Of a DNA stretch of 64,000 nt, positions 39,884 to 51,543 are shown piece after piece. Position numbers and translations under genes: made by a program. This DNA is from Lytechinus pictus (lineage: Eukaryota). Position 1 is the stretch's first letter. The number at the start of each line of letters is the position of its first letter. The stretch is from assembly GCF_037042905.1 (NCBI RefSeq), contig NC_087251.1:30258001-30322000 (forward strand), written 5' to 3'. The notes under the pieces were generated by a model. That model ran no database searches. It saw nothing but the letters and a program-made list of their open reading frames with translations, and had not been told where the DNA came from.

Positions 39884-42800
39884 AGCTGACTGAAAGCGAT
39901 CCAACTGCTACGGGGTTAGTTTCCACAAACTTTACCTGATAGGCAATACGTCTGCTGAGCAAAGTGCATTACTATCATCGAACTTTGGAACAAAGTGCAT
40001 CAAAAGTTTTGTCCTCGAAGAGAGAGAGAGAGAAAATAAAAATGAATCAAGCCTACCCAGCAGAGCGAAGTGCGTGTGAGTCAACTAGGTGTGCAGAAGT
40101 TTGCAAAACATTTACGCTCTGCGACTTATGTTTGCTTTTTATGTGTTTGATATATACAGACTTTATCCACCTTTTACCTAATTCGACTAAAATCAGCTGG
40201 GCTATTGAAAAGCGATTTTTGAAAGCCGCACTTCCAATATTTGAACAATGGTCCCCGAAGCCTTTTGTGACCTCAGCAACCCACCCTATTCTTCACGTCC
40301 TTTCATCCGTTGGGTTAACGGAGAGGTCGCAGTTTGAGATCCTTATTCTATCATATCCAATATGGAACGAGGATATGATGATCAATATAGTTCCGATGGG
40401 ACTGCGTACTTATTAGCATTGTTGCTCATAAAATCAATAAGGTCCATCCAGTTTAGGGTTGATATGGCGCGTGAAATGTAAATGGATCAATGATATCTCA
40501 GTCTGCATACTATAGCGGGGCTATGCATGTATAGATCGCTTATTAAATCTTCGATCATGATCCGTACCACAATTAAATTCTACGTTGATAGGGTTGTCCC
40601 GCGGGAGGGTTGTCCAATTCCCATAATAAAATGACTAAATAAACATTATGAATAAATGAGGTGCAAGCTGTTTTGAAACAAAGTTTCTAATATAGTCCCG
40701 GAATAAGGTTCATTAATTGCAATCAAATATCGATTAGTGAATAAACAAATAAGTACGAAGAACTTTGCTTGTTTTGTTGAATTTTAATGATTCTCATATA
40801 ATAAAAGTATATGAATATTTGTTTGATTGGTTTTTAATAATTCTCAAACCGATAAAGGTATGTAGAAGACGAGATCTGTATAAACATCCGACGCTAACTC
40901 TGACACGAGAGGGGGTAATTTGTAAACGTTCACATATAGCTCTTTAATTTCACATGACTTCAAACATTTCCTTTTCATTGAATAAAGCGGGCGAGTTATG
41001 TTGTTGAAACATCTCAACGATTGTCCATCTCCAGTTATAGTTCTAGTTGCAAAATGACAGGGGCGTAACAGGGGGTCGGTGACCGGGGGGGGGGGGGGGG
41101 CAGGAACCAAAAATTTCCCGATCATAATGGGATGAACAGGCAATGGCGTAATGAGGCAAACATTTTGAGGGGGCCAGATATGGCGTATCGGGCAAGAAAT
41201 ATATTTAACAAATAATATATTTCACCCTTCCCTCTTTCCTTTTCTTTTTTTTCATGGTCTGTACGCCACTGTGAACAGGATTTTATTCATGATTGTGCGC
41301 GAGCTTAAGATAGATTTTGACGTGATATTCAGAAAAAATATTTTACATTTTTTCTTTGCTTTTCTTCCTTTCCTCCTTTCTTTTTTGTTCCGGGTTCTAG
41401 AACTTTTGGCGGTCATGGTTCAACCCCTTCCATACGACAGTGTTATGCGGATGATATTATAGCCATTTTAAACCTTTGATGGCCGCTATTATATTTTCAA
41501 TCAAATTGCGTGTTTATATATTCACACCACACATTAATTCAACGCAGTTGCGTAGTAATCCAAATATTTTACGGGGCACACCATAGCAAATGTGAGAAAA
41601 TTTGTTTTAAAAAATCGCCAGCGAGCGAAGCGAGATATATAGAAAGAAAAATGGCCTTTTGAAATGAAATTCTAATTTTGTGATAGATTTTTACATCATA
41701 GTCAATAACATATCATATTTGTTTGCTATTCCTTTCATTACCTCTTTTTTTCATTTATTTCCGCTTGCGGCTGAGGACCCCCACCTGTACGCCAGTGATT
41801 CAACGTAAAGCTTAATGCAGGAAGGGTCCATACAGGGGCCCTTTATAGAGCCCTTTGAAGGTTACAGATGAAGAGGCCCGACTGCAAGGGATCTTGGGCA
41901 GATCGAGCCCCTGGTAGCTTTGGAGATTTAGCAAGCTTAGGATAGACTTTATGTAATGTTACATGCCATCCATCTTACTTCCCGTTCTTTATTTTCAATC
42001 CTACATTCATTTCCCGCTTTCGTTTGCCTTTTTGTAATTTTTCAATTTATTTCCCTTTCTTACTGATCATGCTAATGTATTACTGTGTTTCTGGGTTATT
42101 TTGTTCTTTCTCACATTCTCCTTTCCCTCATTTTCCCATTTTCCTTCCGTTTTTCCTTTTATATGTTTCTTAATTTTCTTTTCACTTTTCCCCTTTCCCT
42201 CCCCCTTCCTCTTTTTTCTTTCTTTCTATCTTTCTTTTCACTTCAAAATTACTATTGATTAAAAAAATACTAATGATGATTAATCATAGAGTATATAGTT
42301 TGAAATGCATCATGCATCATGATGAAAATTCCATATATGAAATATAAAAAAAGTTGTTTTTACATGCTGGTCGATTTGCCTATATGAAGGAGCCGGTGAC
42401 ATCAGCCACTCTTCATTTCAAATATGAAATATTTAATTTTGTCTTCATTACAAAGTGATATAAGTATTGAATCCTATCTAAACACGTGGAATTGCCTTGC
42501 CATCAGTGCCACCTATTATCATTCAATGGAGAGCTTCTTTATGGTCAAATATTGAGAAAATGAAATGAAACAGAATGGAATAGTAGATGGCATAATCGGA
42601 TATCTCAGTTGCATGTCACTGGTGTTTTGTATGTCATTGTTTTACGAAAATATTGGAAACTTCAAATTTCACAACTCTCTTTTTTTTTTACATCAAATTT
42701 TGATGAAATTTCCAGCACTATGCCTGTATAAATTGTTCTTGTTTTATCAATTTTTTAAAATATATATATATTTTTTTTGCTGTGGTGGACAAGCACTTCA

Positions 42801-44072
42801 ATGATGAATTATGGTAGTGAATAGTGATAGTAATGATGTCCAAAAGTTGACAGCTCAATTCATGAATCTTACAAAGAATGAAAAGAGCTTACATGATTAA
42901 AAATTGCTCATTTTTATCCAATAAAAAGTTTCATTTATGCAATAAAAATCCAACTGCTAAACATGACAATGTAAATATTGTGTATCTATATATAATTCTG
43001 TATTTATTTAAAAAAACCTTTGGATGGTACAGACTGCACACTAGATTTTTTGGAAGTAGGATAAGACCACACAACTAGTATTCTATGTTCAGAACTCATA
43101 ACTAGCATTCAAAATCAATGACCAAATTGACTTCGTAATTTTTAAATTCCTTAAAGCCCATGATTTGAAGTATTAATGAGTAAAAAAAGATTAAAATAAT
43201 CAGTGCATGGTATAAAAAAATGAAAACAACAGATAGCAATTAAATTATGTTTACATTTTTTGTTAGTAAAAAATAATAATGATGTTAACTTTAAAAAAGA
43301 GTCTCCTGAAGTACATAGCTCTGCTTTTTCACATTCTATTCTCAACTTCATGGTGACTAGTTCAGCCGAGCCCTTTACACATATTCATGTACTGATGTAA
43401 TCATAATAAATCATGTCTAACATCTAATTTGATAATTTGACACGTAAATAGACAAAATAAACTCCTTTGGTTAAAGAAATGAACGATTTTATGATAGACA
43501 TTTATACACAATATCTTATATATAACCTATTGAGTCTACTCTAAATTTCTCCATAATATACTATTTTATAATACATCACACTATGAAATCACAAAGGCAC
43601 AGTTTAAGGGGGAAATGGAAATTTCTTGAATTAGATAATGTACATGATTTACATGCTTATCACATAATATTATATGGAAGAACTTTCATAAGAAATTTGT
43701 CAAATTTGATATTACTGTTGTTGAAAGACAAGTAACAAATAAAACAACTCTAAGACATTGTAACACAGTACAGGGCTATCAAGAAACTCATGTTTTGTGA
43801 ATGACATTGGCCTGGAATCAACTCCTGAACAAAGGTGACAATTGTACATCACCAGAGGTGTTTAAGGCCAAGATCAAAGAAAGCAACCTACATTTCGACT
43901 AAACTCATCTGCGCTCTCTCCTAACTTGGAGCATTATACTTAACAGTCCAGCGCCAGATCCTTTCCCATATTATATTTTTCTAATCAGTTATAATTTTAT
44001 ATTTGTGCAACTGACTAGTACATAATCCTGAGATAAGTAATAACCTGTTATTTCCATGCAAGTAAAAAGGAA

Positions 44073-44456
44073 CAGGGTTCCCAGCTTTTAAAGAAAACAA
44101 AATTCTCTGATTTTTCCCTGATGAAGTTTAAAATTTCCCTGATAATTAATTAAACCCATTCCCAGTTTCGCATGTTTTCTAAGTTGTTACAGTGAATTAC
44201 AGTAGTATTTTCAGTATAAAAACAATGTAAAACTAATTAGTACCACCATAACCAGTCATTCAGTGTATGTTGTTTTGATATGGAACAAACTATAACAGAT
44301 TCTGACTGACTACCTCGCTTTTGACTTTTGGGCTGATCAAAATTCCCTTATTTGAGGCATTTTCCCCTGATTTGAGGTATTGTTTATCGAATTCCCTGAT
44401 TTTTTCCCTAACTGGAAAAAAGTAAAATAATTTTCCCTGATGGGCTGGGAACCCTG
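44073..44456. mobile_element. hAT-like MITE
   Basis: CAGGGTTCCCAGC...GCTGGGAACCCTG TIR, multiple subterminal TTCCCTGA motifs. No clean TSD. Confidence 0.65.
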
Positions 44457-47001
44457 AATGTAAGTATTACTGATTGGAGCATGAATGCATTAAAGGTACA
44501 CTCCTCTCAATGCATAAATCTTCTTATATAAGGCAAACATTACTGTTATTATATTTTTTTCATGCTTATAATAGAAATGCATAACAGTTCTTAAAAAGGA
44601 TTGGAATGCTTTTAATTCAGTGTTAAATTAATTAATAGTGACTAACATCACAATATTTTAACTCAGCAAATGTTGTCTAAACAATAAACATCAGAGCAAT
44701 AACTAAGGTTCCAATTTGAAATCTTAACCTCTTGCTCCAAACAAAAACAATATAAATTTATAAACCAGAAGTAACAAAAAAGGTTTAATCTCCTGATCCA
44801 ATCATACAATTTGTGCACATACTATATCATTCTTCACCCCTCTTTATGGAGGTTTAAACCTTCTCTTTTCTCTATCTTCTTTGGAAAAATCAGAGCCAAG
44901 AAGATGTCAAAGCTCGCCCATTACAGAACATATTTGTAAAGTTTACAAAAAAATAAAACTTATGCACACTATAGGTAAGCCTATATATCGTTTTAGGTCA
45001 TGGTACTTTTACGACACAAGTCTTTGAAGCTGGTGATTTCCTGCTCTATTATCGAGAACTAATACTACTATGATGAAGCAGTTAAAAGTCAGGAACAGTA
45101 CTCAATGACTGAGGCCATGTTTTTCTATTTCTTAAAACACATCCATGTGTGGATACTTAATACTAAAGCAAAATAGTTATTATAAATATTACTTTCATTT
45201 TCAGAAAGTGATATATATATAGAAGCATAATTCCTTGCCATATACTTTAATATTTTAGAAACTGATAAACCAGTATGATTCTTTGCAATAATCTGAAGTC
45301 CCGACTTCCTCACTTGTCTATCTACTTTCTACTTGTAATTCTGAATGAAAAACGATCAAGAAATACAGGTAGCTCCAAAATAAATAAGATTATCTAACAT
45401 CATATAAAATGAAATACAAAGAAAGAGCATTAGCACAGAACAGAGTTCAAAACACCCGCATCTCCAAATCAAAATCTAAGTTTACATATCATCACATGAT
45501 ACATTTCTAGTGAATACCACAGATCTGAAAAAAGTACTTGTAATTACATTAAATTATGCACTGTATGATTACTTTTTAGAGGCTCAATAATTAGAATCGC
45601 TCTTAAAATAAGACTGAAGACTCTCTATACAATAAGTACAAAACTTATAGTTCTATGAAATTAAAGCATCTTTACTTAATCTGATTTTTTTTAGTAATTA
45701 CTTTACTAACTTTAAAAATATATCACTTGTCTTTTTCTTAAATACAAACACAACAAGTTAGATAATTGATTGTTTTACTGGATTGTCAGATTCAGGTAAC
45801 AACCATGGACCCTACAACCAATGGAAAACGAGAACAAGTCCTACTTTGGTCATAACATTTCCACCGTCACCTGACAATGTGCATATTGATGATGACATTC
45901 ATTTGCTGTGAAAATGTTAATAAGTAATCAGGAATTATCAGACAAAAAAATATTTCATCTCCATCTTTCACAGTATGTATGGTCATTTCACACCACTGAG
46001 TAGACAGGAATAACCATCGTTTCAGGGGATTTATTTAATAATTTCTGACATTTTACTATGTATTGGTGAGTGGAACCAACACAGTACAGCGGAACAGAGA
46101 CTGAAGCTTTTGGTCTAACCACTGAGAGGAATAGCAAACCTGAAATCATGAAAATTGATTATTACAGAAGTGGATACCGGTGGAAATGAATCTGACCTTG
46201 CTTTAATTTGAAAAACACCCATTTTCTCCTGACCTATCATATTTTAAAGCAGGGATGGGATAATTTTTTTAATTAATTTCAAAATCATTGTGTTACAACT
46301 TACAGCCAAATAATCATGTCTTTATTGTATAAACTATATGTACTAGCAATTTCATACTGAAATTCTCATGACCATTTCTAGACATAGACCTGAGCAAACA
46401 GACATATGCACATCAAAGATTTTAATTCTTCTGAACTGACTGCACATGCATTTTGTAGATTTCACAAGACACAGTTCTGGCTCATTTATTGCAGACTTGG
46501 TCATGATTAGATCAAAGGGTTGCAACATGTGTGAAATGACATCAGGTGAATGAATTCAATATCCATCAGCGTCCATCTTTCATACATGTAGGGTCCATGT
46601 AACAACTATCAGAATTAAACATTGGATTAATCTACTTTACAAGGAATGTTTGCAGTCACAGATGAATTTCTATGCTTGTGATGTTCCAATACAAACTTGC
46701 ATCACCAAAGATGAACAATGCATCGTGTTTGCGCCAAAGATTCAGCTGATGCATTTACATATACAGTAAACATTCTTTTAAATCATATTGCACATACTGA
46801 ATCTGACTTCTGTACTTCACACACAGCACGAATAAACCACCTTGTTCACCTTTTTCACTATTATCTGTTTGCGAAATAAAACACACTCCTGGAATATTGA
46901 CAGCAATCATGGAAAGTGCAGTAGTTTACCACATCTCAGAGAGTAATACCTAAAAGGAAGAGTGTTCATCTAAGCTGCACTGGTCATATGAGCAAAATAT
47001 G

Positions 47002-47308
47002 CTACTTTGGCACATACTGTCCAGTGTCTGGGTCCCTCATCGCTTGTCTCCATGGCATCACCAAGCCATTCAAAGTGACATAGATCCCATTGGATGGCAG
47101 GCACTGGAGGGCTCCAAGGGCCATGCCGATGTTAAAAGCAGCATCAGAGTCTTTGAATTTTTCCGGAAGTAATGCACCTGTTAGGACGATTCTCTTTGGT
47201 AGGTTCTGATGGCCAAGGAATGATGCCGTTGACAGGAGGGTGTCTGTTCCATGGGTGATTAGAATGAGCTTCTCACTGCAGTCATTGCATACTGTAAGAA
47301 GATTCAAC
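47002..47308 (-). CDS. Short-chain L-asparaginase-like protein, coding exon 3 (terminal)
   Basis: Acceptor TTTCAAG. Encodes ILITHGTDTL, IVLTGA, SDAAFNIG, GIYVTLNG, then TAG. Joined CDS 513 nt = 170 aa, N-terminal asparaginase domain only. Confidence 0.92.
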
Positions 47309-47756
47309 CTTGAAAGAGAGACAGTTAAAAACATGAGAGCTTCAAATGTATTCAGCTTTATAACAGTGATTTAAGTCAAAATTATTTGTGGCCCAGACAT
47401 GGAGTACAGTCTGTTTGTGCACTGCTATGTAACCTTACGGAAAAGGCGCTATATCAAATAACTATTGGATTGGATAATTTGTACATCGATAGGCTGAGAA
47501 AAGGCTTCATATGAAGAAAAGATTTGGGTCATTTGTAGAACTAGGACTGTAAACTTTTTTTAATACAAATATTTGATGCTTCTTTTATCCCATCACAACT
47601 CCAGTTAGTTTCATAACAGATGCAGATGCTTATTGGTTTTCATTTTAAATAATGACAAGATTTATGACAATTTGGTAAAAAAGAGGATCCCCATCATGAT
47701 AAATACATATACTGCATACTAAAGAAAATATATCACTCTAAAGATTTTTCAATTTA

Positions 47757-48505
47757 CAGTTCGACCTCTCTTATCTGGACACGTTGTGACCAGCACCAAT
47801 TCGGATAAGGGATTTATCCGGATCTGGGAGACCCAATATTAAACACACACAGCTGCTGCCTCCCCAACGGCAGTACATAGCTACGTACACGTTATCTATT
47901 GTAGTGGGTGTACAGACAGTATTCACTGCAGTGTCAGTTCAAATCATAGGCAGTATTTTTACAGAAATGAAATCGATCGATGGCCAAAACTGTTCGATAA
48001 TTTACCTGCTAAAATGATTGAGGTATACATCAAGCATACCTCAAAAGAAAGAGAATGACTCAATGAAACTAAGTTTTACAATTAGATCATCGCGGCGGGT
48101 AACGCAGCTTCGCAATGTCAGCCATTGTTATACTGACTGAAGGCTCAAACATGATAGATGACGCTGTCCGTAATGAGGCCTAGCGTTAGCTAGCGAGACA
48201 TGTGTTGTTTTTCCCGGGAAACAAAAAGACAACGTGATGAAATGTTTGCGCTGCGCCCTGATTTACTGGAAAATTATCCTGCCTAAGTTCTTTCGGTGAC
48301 TTGGGTGAGATATTTTTATGAAAAATAATGTTGTTGTAGGTAGACTATATTGGAAAATATATGTAATCAAAGTGAGTATGCGCATAGGATTGAGTTTAGA
48401 TTGAAATATCATTTCCTCACGTACTAGATTGAATTGAAAAAAAAAAAAATCTCAGCAAGTGTGCGTTCGGATAATAGAGAGATCTGGATAAGAGAGGTCA
48501 GACTG
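47757..48505. mobile_element. Tc1/mariner (pogo/Tigger-like) MITE in the last asparaginase intron
   Basis: TA-CAGTTCGACCTCTCTTATCTGGA ... TCTGGATAAGAGAGGTCAGACTG-TA. Confidence 0.8.
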
Positions 48506-48933
48506 TAGTTATTATTATCAAAATTCCAAATTACTCAAGTTGGAAGCATGGTAGTCCACAGCTCCTTCAATGATAACACATCAATTTTCAAATGTTTGAG
48601 GAGTTGAATGAGGGTACAAAAAGTTATTTATGTAAAGTTTCATAACTTTTCAATTCACATCAAAACACATCATCTGATGTTGTACCCTTTATAGTCTTAC
48701 GACTACAAAAAAAAAGAAAAAAAAAGTTTGTGGAATATTGCAATAAACTTTTGGTCAGGATCTACTTCTCATTTATTTGATCCTGGAATGTAGTGGAATT
48801 TTCAGTGTTACGCTCATTGGCTTTTTATCTCTATTTATGCAGGTCGACTTGTTGGAACTGGCCTTTAAGAACCTAAAAAAAAGAGGAAATGATACAGGTT
48901 ACACAATCAAAATTCAATTCTTTGATTTATTAC

Positions 48934-49093
48934 CTGTCCTCATCAGAGATATCCTGGCTATCTTTCTGACACACAGTCTCATATCTAAATCTGAGAGGCA
49001 CCTTGTGCTGTTCTAAGATGCCCCTAGCTGCACTCTCCCCAATCTCAAAGGCATAAACACCTTTCCTCTTTGGATAAGCCTTGTCAATCGTTC
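48934..49093 (-). CDS. Short-chain L-asparaginase-like protein, coding exon 2
   Basis: Acceptor CTGCAG, phase-2 donor GTAATA, 160 nt. Completes TGGTIDKAY and encodes ...VCQKDSQDISDEDR. Confidence 0.9.
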
Positions 49094-49653
49094 CTGCAGA
49101 TCAAAAGAGAGAGTGAGAGAATAACAAATAGAAAAACTAAAGAAAATCCTAAGAAATCTATGTGAAGGAAATGTTAAAAATCCAAATGAAAAATTAGAAT
49201 TGAAAACAATTTCTTATTCAATTTTTACCCTATACGATATGCAAGATCAGTGGCATCTCTTATGTGCTGCAACCAGAGAGCCCCAACATTCATGACTTCA
49301 AAAGTAATAGAAAAAATATAAAAGAGAAAAAGAGGGTTATAGATTTAGAGGCCTAGCTGTTATTAAAAAAAAAAAAAAAAAAATTCTCCTTGCCCTCCCA
49401 TCCCATCCCTAGATAAAAATCGCCTGGCAAAGCGGCAATATGCCTTGAATTGAAGTTTTCCAAATGCTCCTAAATCAAACTAAGTTATTTTCAACTGATT
49501 AAGAGTTCGTCAAGTACATTTTCAGTTGGTTTTTTAACTGGTTAAGATATCATGTAGTATAATGAAGTATAAATTTTATAATATAGACAAGTGAAGTTCA
49601 ATAATACATGTAGATGATTGAAAGCATATTCCAACATTCTTCAAAACACCTAC

Positions 49654-49699
49654 CTCCAGTTTGAATGATAAGAACTTGCATTGTAGAATTTAGTTCCAT
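49654..49699 (-). CDS. Short-chain L-asparaginase-like protein, coding exon 1 of 3
   Basis: MELNSTMQVLIIQTG-G, phase-1 donor GTAGGT at 49653. Second in-frame ATG at 49681. Acceptor TTCAG at 49727-49723 implies an upstream non-coding exon. Confidence 0.85.
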
Positions 49700-49968
49700 C
49701 TTGAGTGATCCTCCATGAAAAACTGAAGATGGAAAGGAAATAAAAAAGAAAACCCTGTTAAGTTAGGCATGCATATCTAATCAACAATTATTTGAATGAA
49801 AATAAAAATACAATCATGACCAATTAAGCCTAATAAGAAATATTACATCACTCAGGTCCTCGTAAAAAGACGTCATCATCATGATCAACATCAATTAAGT
49901 TCTCAAAACATCACAAATTCAATTCACAGCATCAGAAATCAGCTAAGAAATTATTTCTCTTGCCTCAC

Positions 49969-50095
49969 CTACATGACATTATGACATGAGCGTTAACTTT
50001 AAGCGAGACTCAAATTTTAAAAGCAAGAAGTGAAGAACCACGCCGCGGCCGTATAACGATCAACGATGAGAAACAAGATGGTGGCGTAAACATTC
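49969..50095 (-). promoter_or_regulatory. Candidate TSS region / non-coding first exon of the asparaginase-like gene
   Basis: Local CpG enrichment, YY1-like CAAGATGGTGGCG near 50074-50086, and a good minus-strand donor AG|GTGAGG at 49968. Inference only. Confidence 0.4.
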
Positions 50096-51262
50096 GGGCA
50101 AGTCTCCCCCGTCTTTTCATAATATTTTTCTCATTTTTTTAATGAATTCTCGTTTAAAAATGAAATCGATAGCGTAGAAATGAAGTTGTATCCCATTTTA
50201 GGGCTAGATCTTTTGGAAGGAAAGTATATCTCGGACTCGGGGGCGAAAGTTTGAGGTTTTTTGGTGGTAGGCTACATGTAGATTGCAATGGAATCCCTGG
50301 CTTCATAGAGAGTAAGCATAATAAGTTACTTTAGTAAATGATTTTTACTCTCTTCTCTAGAAGCCTCCTGGCTGCGCACACGTAATCCCCGCGACTATAC
50401 CTACCTATATGCCGTGCCAGCGGCTAGGCACTCGAACTCATGGCGCTTAGATCACGGGTCCGTAGCCCGGCCGGTGGACGTGGCGTGGCCGGGGTGCAAC
50501 ACAGCTCCAGCCGGCAGTTTAGTCACTCACAGAAATTACAGCCACAGCTCAGGGAAGGTACCACAGCTGCTTCAGTGATTGTTACGTTTTTATCCTGAAT
50601 CTTTTCTTACCCTTATTATGTCTACATGATATCTATCATAAAGAAATCCAGTCATTACGTACCCTTAGTCTTTTTTTAGTCTCATAATCGAATCCAAAAT
50701 CAAGTTTTTCAGCATGTAACTTGTTATAGTTTTAGAAATTAGCGACTATTAAATGATTGGTGCCATATCTGTTACGGTATACCAATTTGCTGATCAATCC
50801 ATTTCTATCTACCTTTTTATTTATTTATTTTTTTTAGTTATCTAATGCTTTATCTAACTTTTCATTGCTTAATTTATCTTGAATGTTTTCTAATTGATTT
50901 TTTTTATTTATATGTTTTATTGGGTCAACACAAACCAAGTATATACAAAAATAACAAATCATACATAATTAAACTATTCCATATCATTAGAAAAAAAAGA
51001 GAAAAAACAAGTGGAGCGCCTCTGGCAGTCTCAACTGCATCGCGCGATTCAATATAGCAACAGTGCTGACTTTGAAACTACAGGCTATAAAAATAAGTAA
51101 TCATATCATTAGAAAAAAAAGAGAAAAAACAAGTGGAGCGCCTCTGGCAGTCTCAACTGCATCGCGCGATTCAATATAGCAACAGTGCTGACTTTGAAAC
51201 TACAGGCTATAAAATAATTATTCACAAAAAACACCATTCATATAATGATACAATGCTACGTT

Positions 51263-51324
51263 CAGTGGCGTACCTGGGATTTTTCACAGGGGGGGGGCAA
51301 AACCGTCCGCCAAAAAATTTGACA

Positions 51325-51366
<42 letters not shown>

Positions 51367-51543
51367 TCTTCAATCACAACTGAAGGATTTTGTACCCAAA
51401 AAAAATTTGACAAGCTCGTCAGGGGGGCAATAAAGGTCTTCAAGCTCGTCAGGGGGGGCAGGTATATGACTTTTGTATGGGATGTGGCTCGTCAGGGGGG
51501 GCAGAGTGCCCCCCCTGCCCCCCCCCCCGTAGGTACGCTAGTG
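51263..51543. mobile_element. hAT-like MITE of the CAGTGGCGTA family
   Basis: CAGTGGCGTACCT...AGGTACGCTAGTG with a perfect 8-bp TSD GCTACGTT. Related G/C-tract elements near 18970-19264, 23870-24138, 41058-41271, 41547-41797 and 52648-52948. Confidence 0.8.

Noticed and set aside
39964..40416. 150-aa plus-strand ORF upstream of the Ser-rich gene
   Set aside because: Non-ATG start, includes a (GA)n tract and has no motif; probably promoter or 5' UTR sequence.
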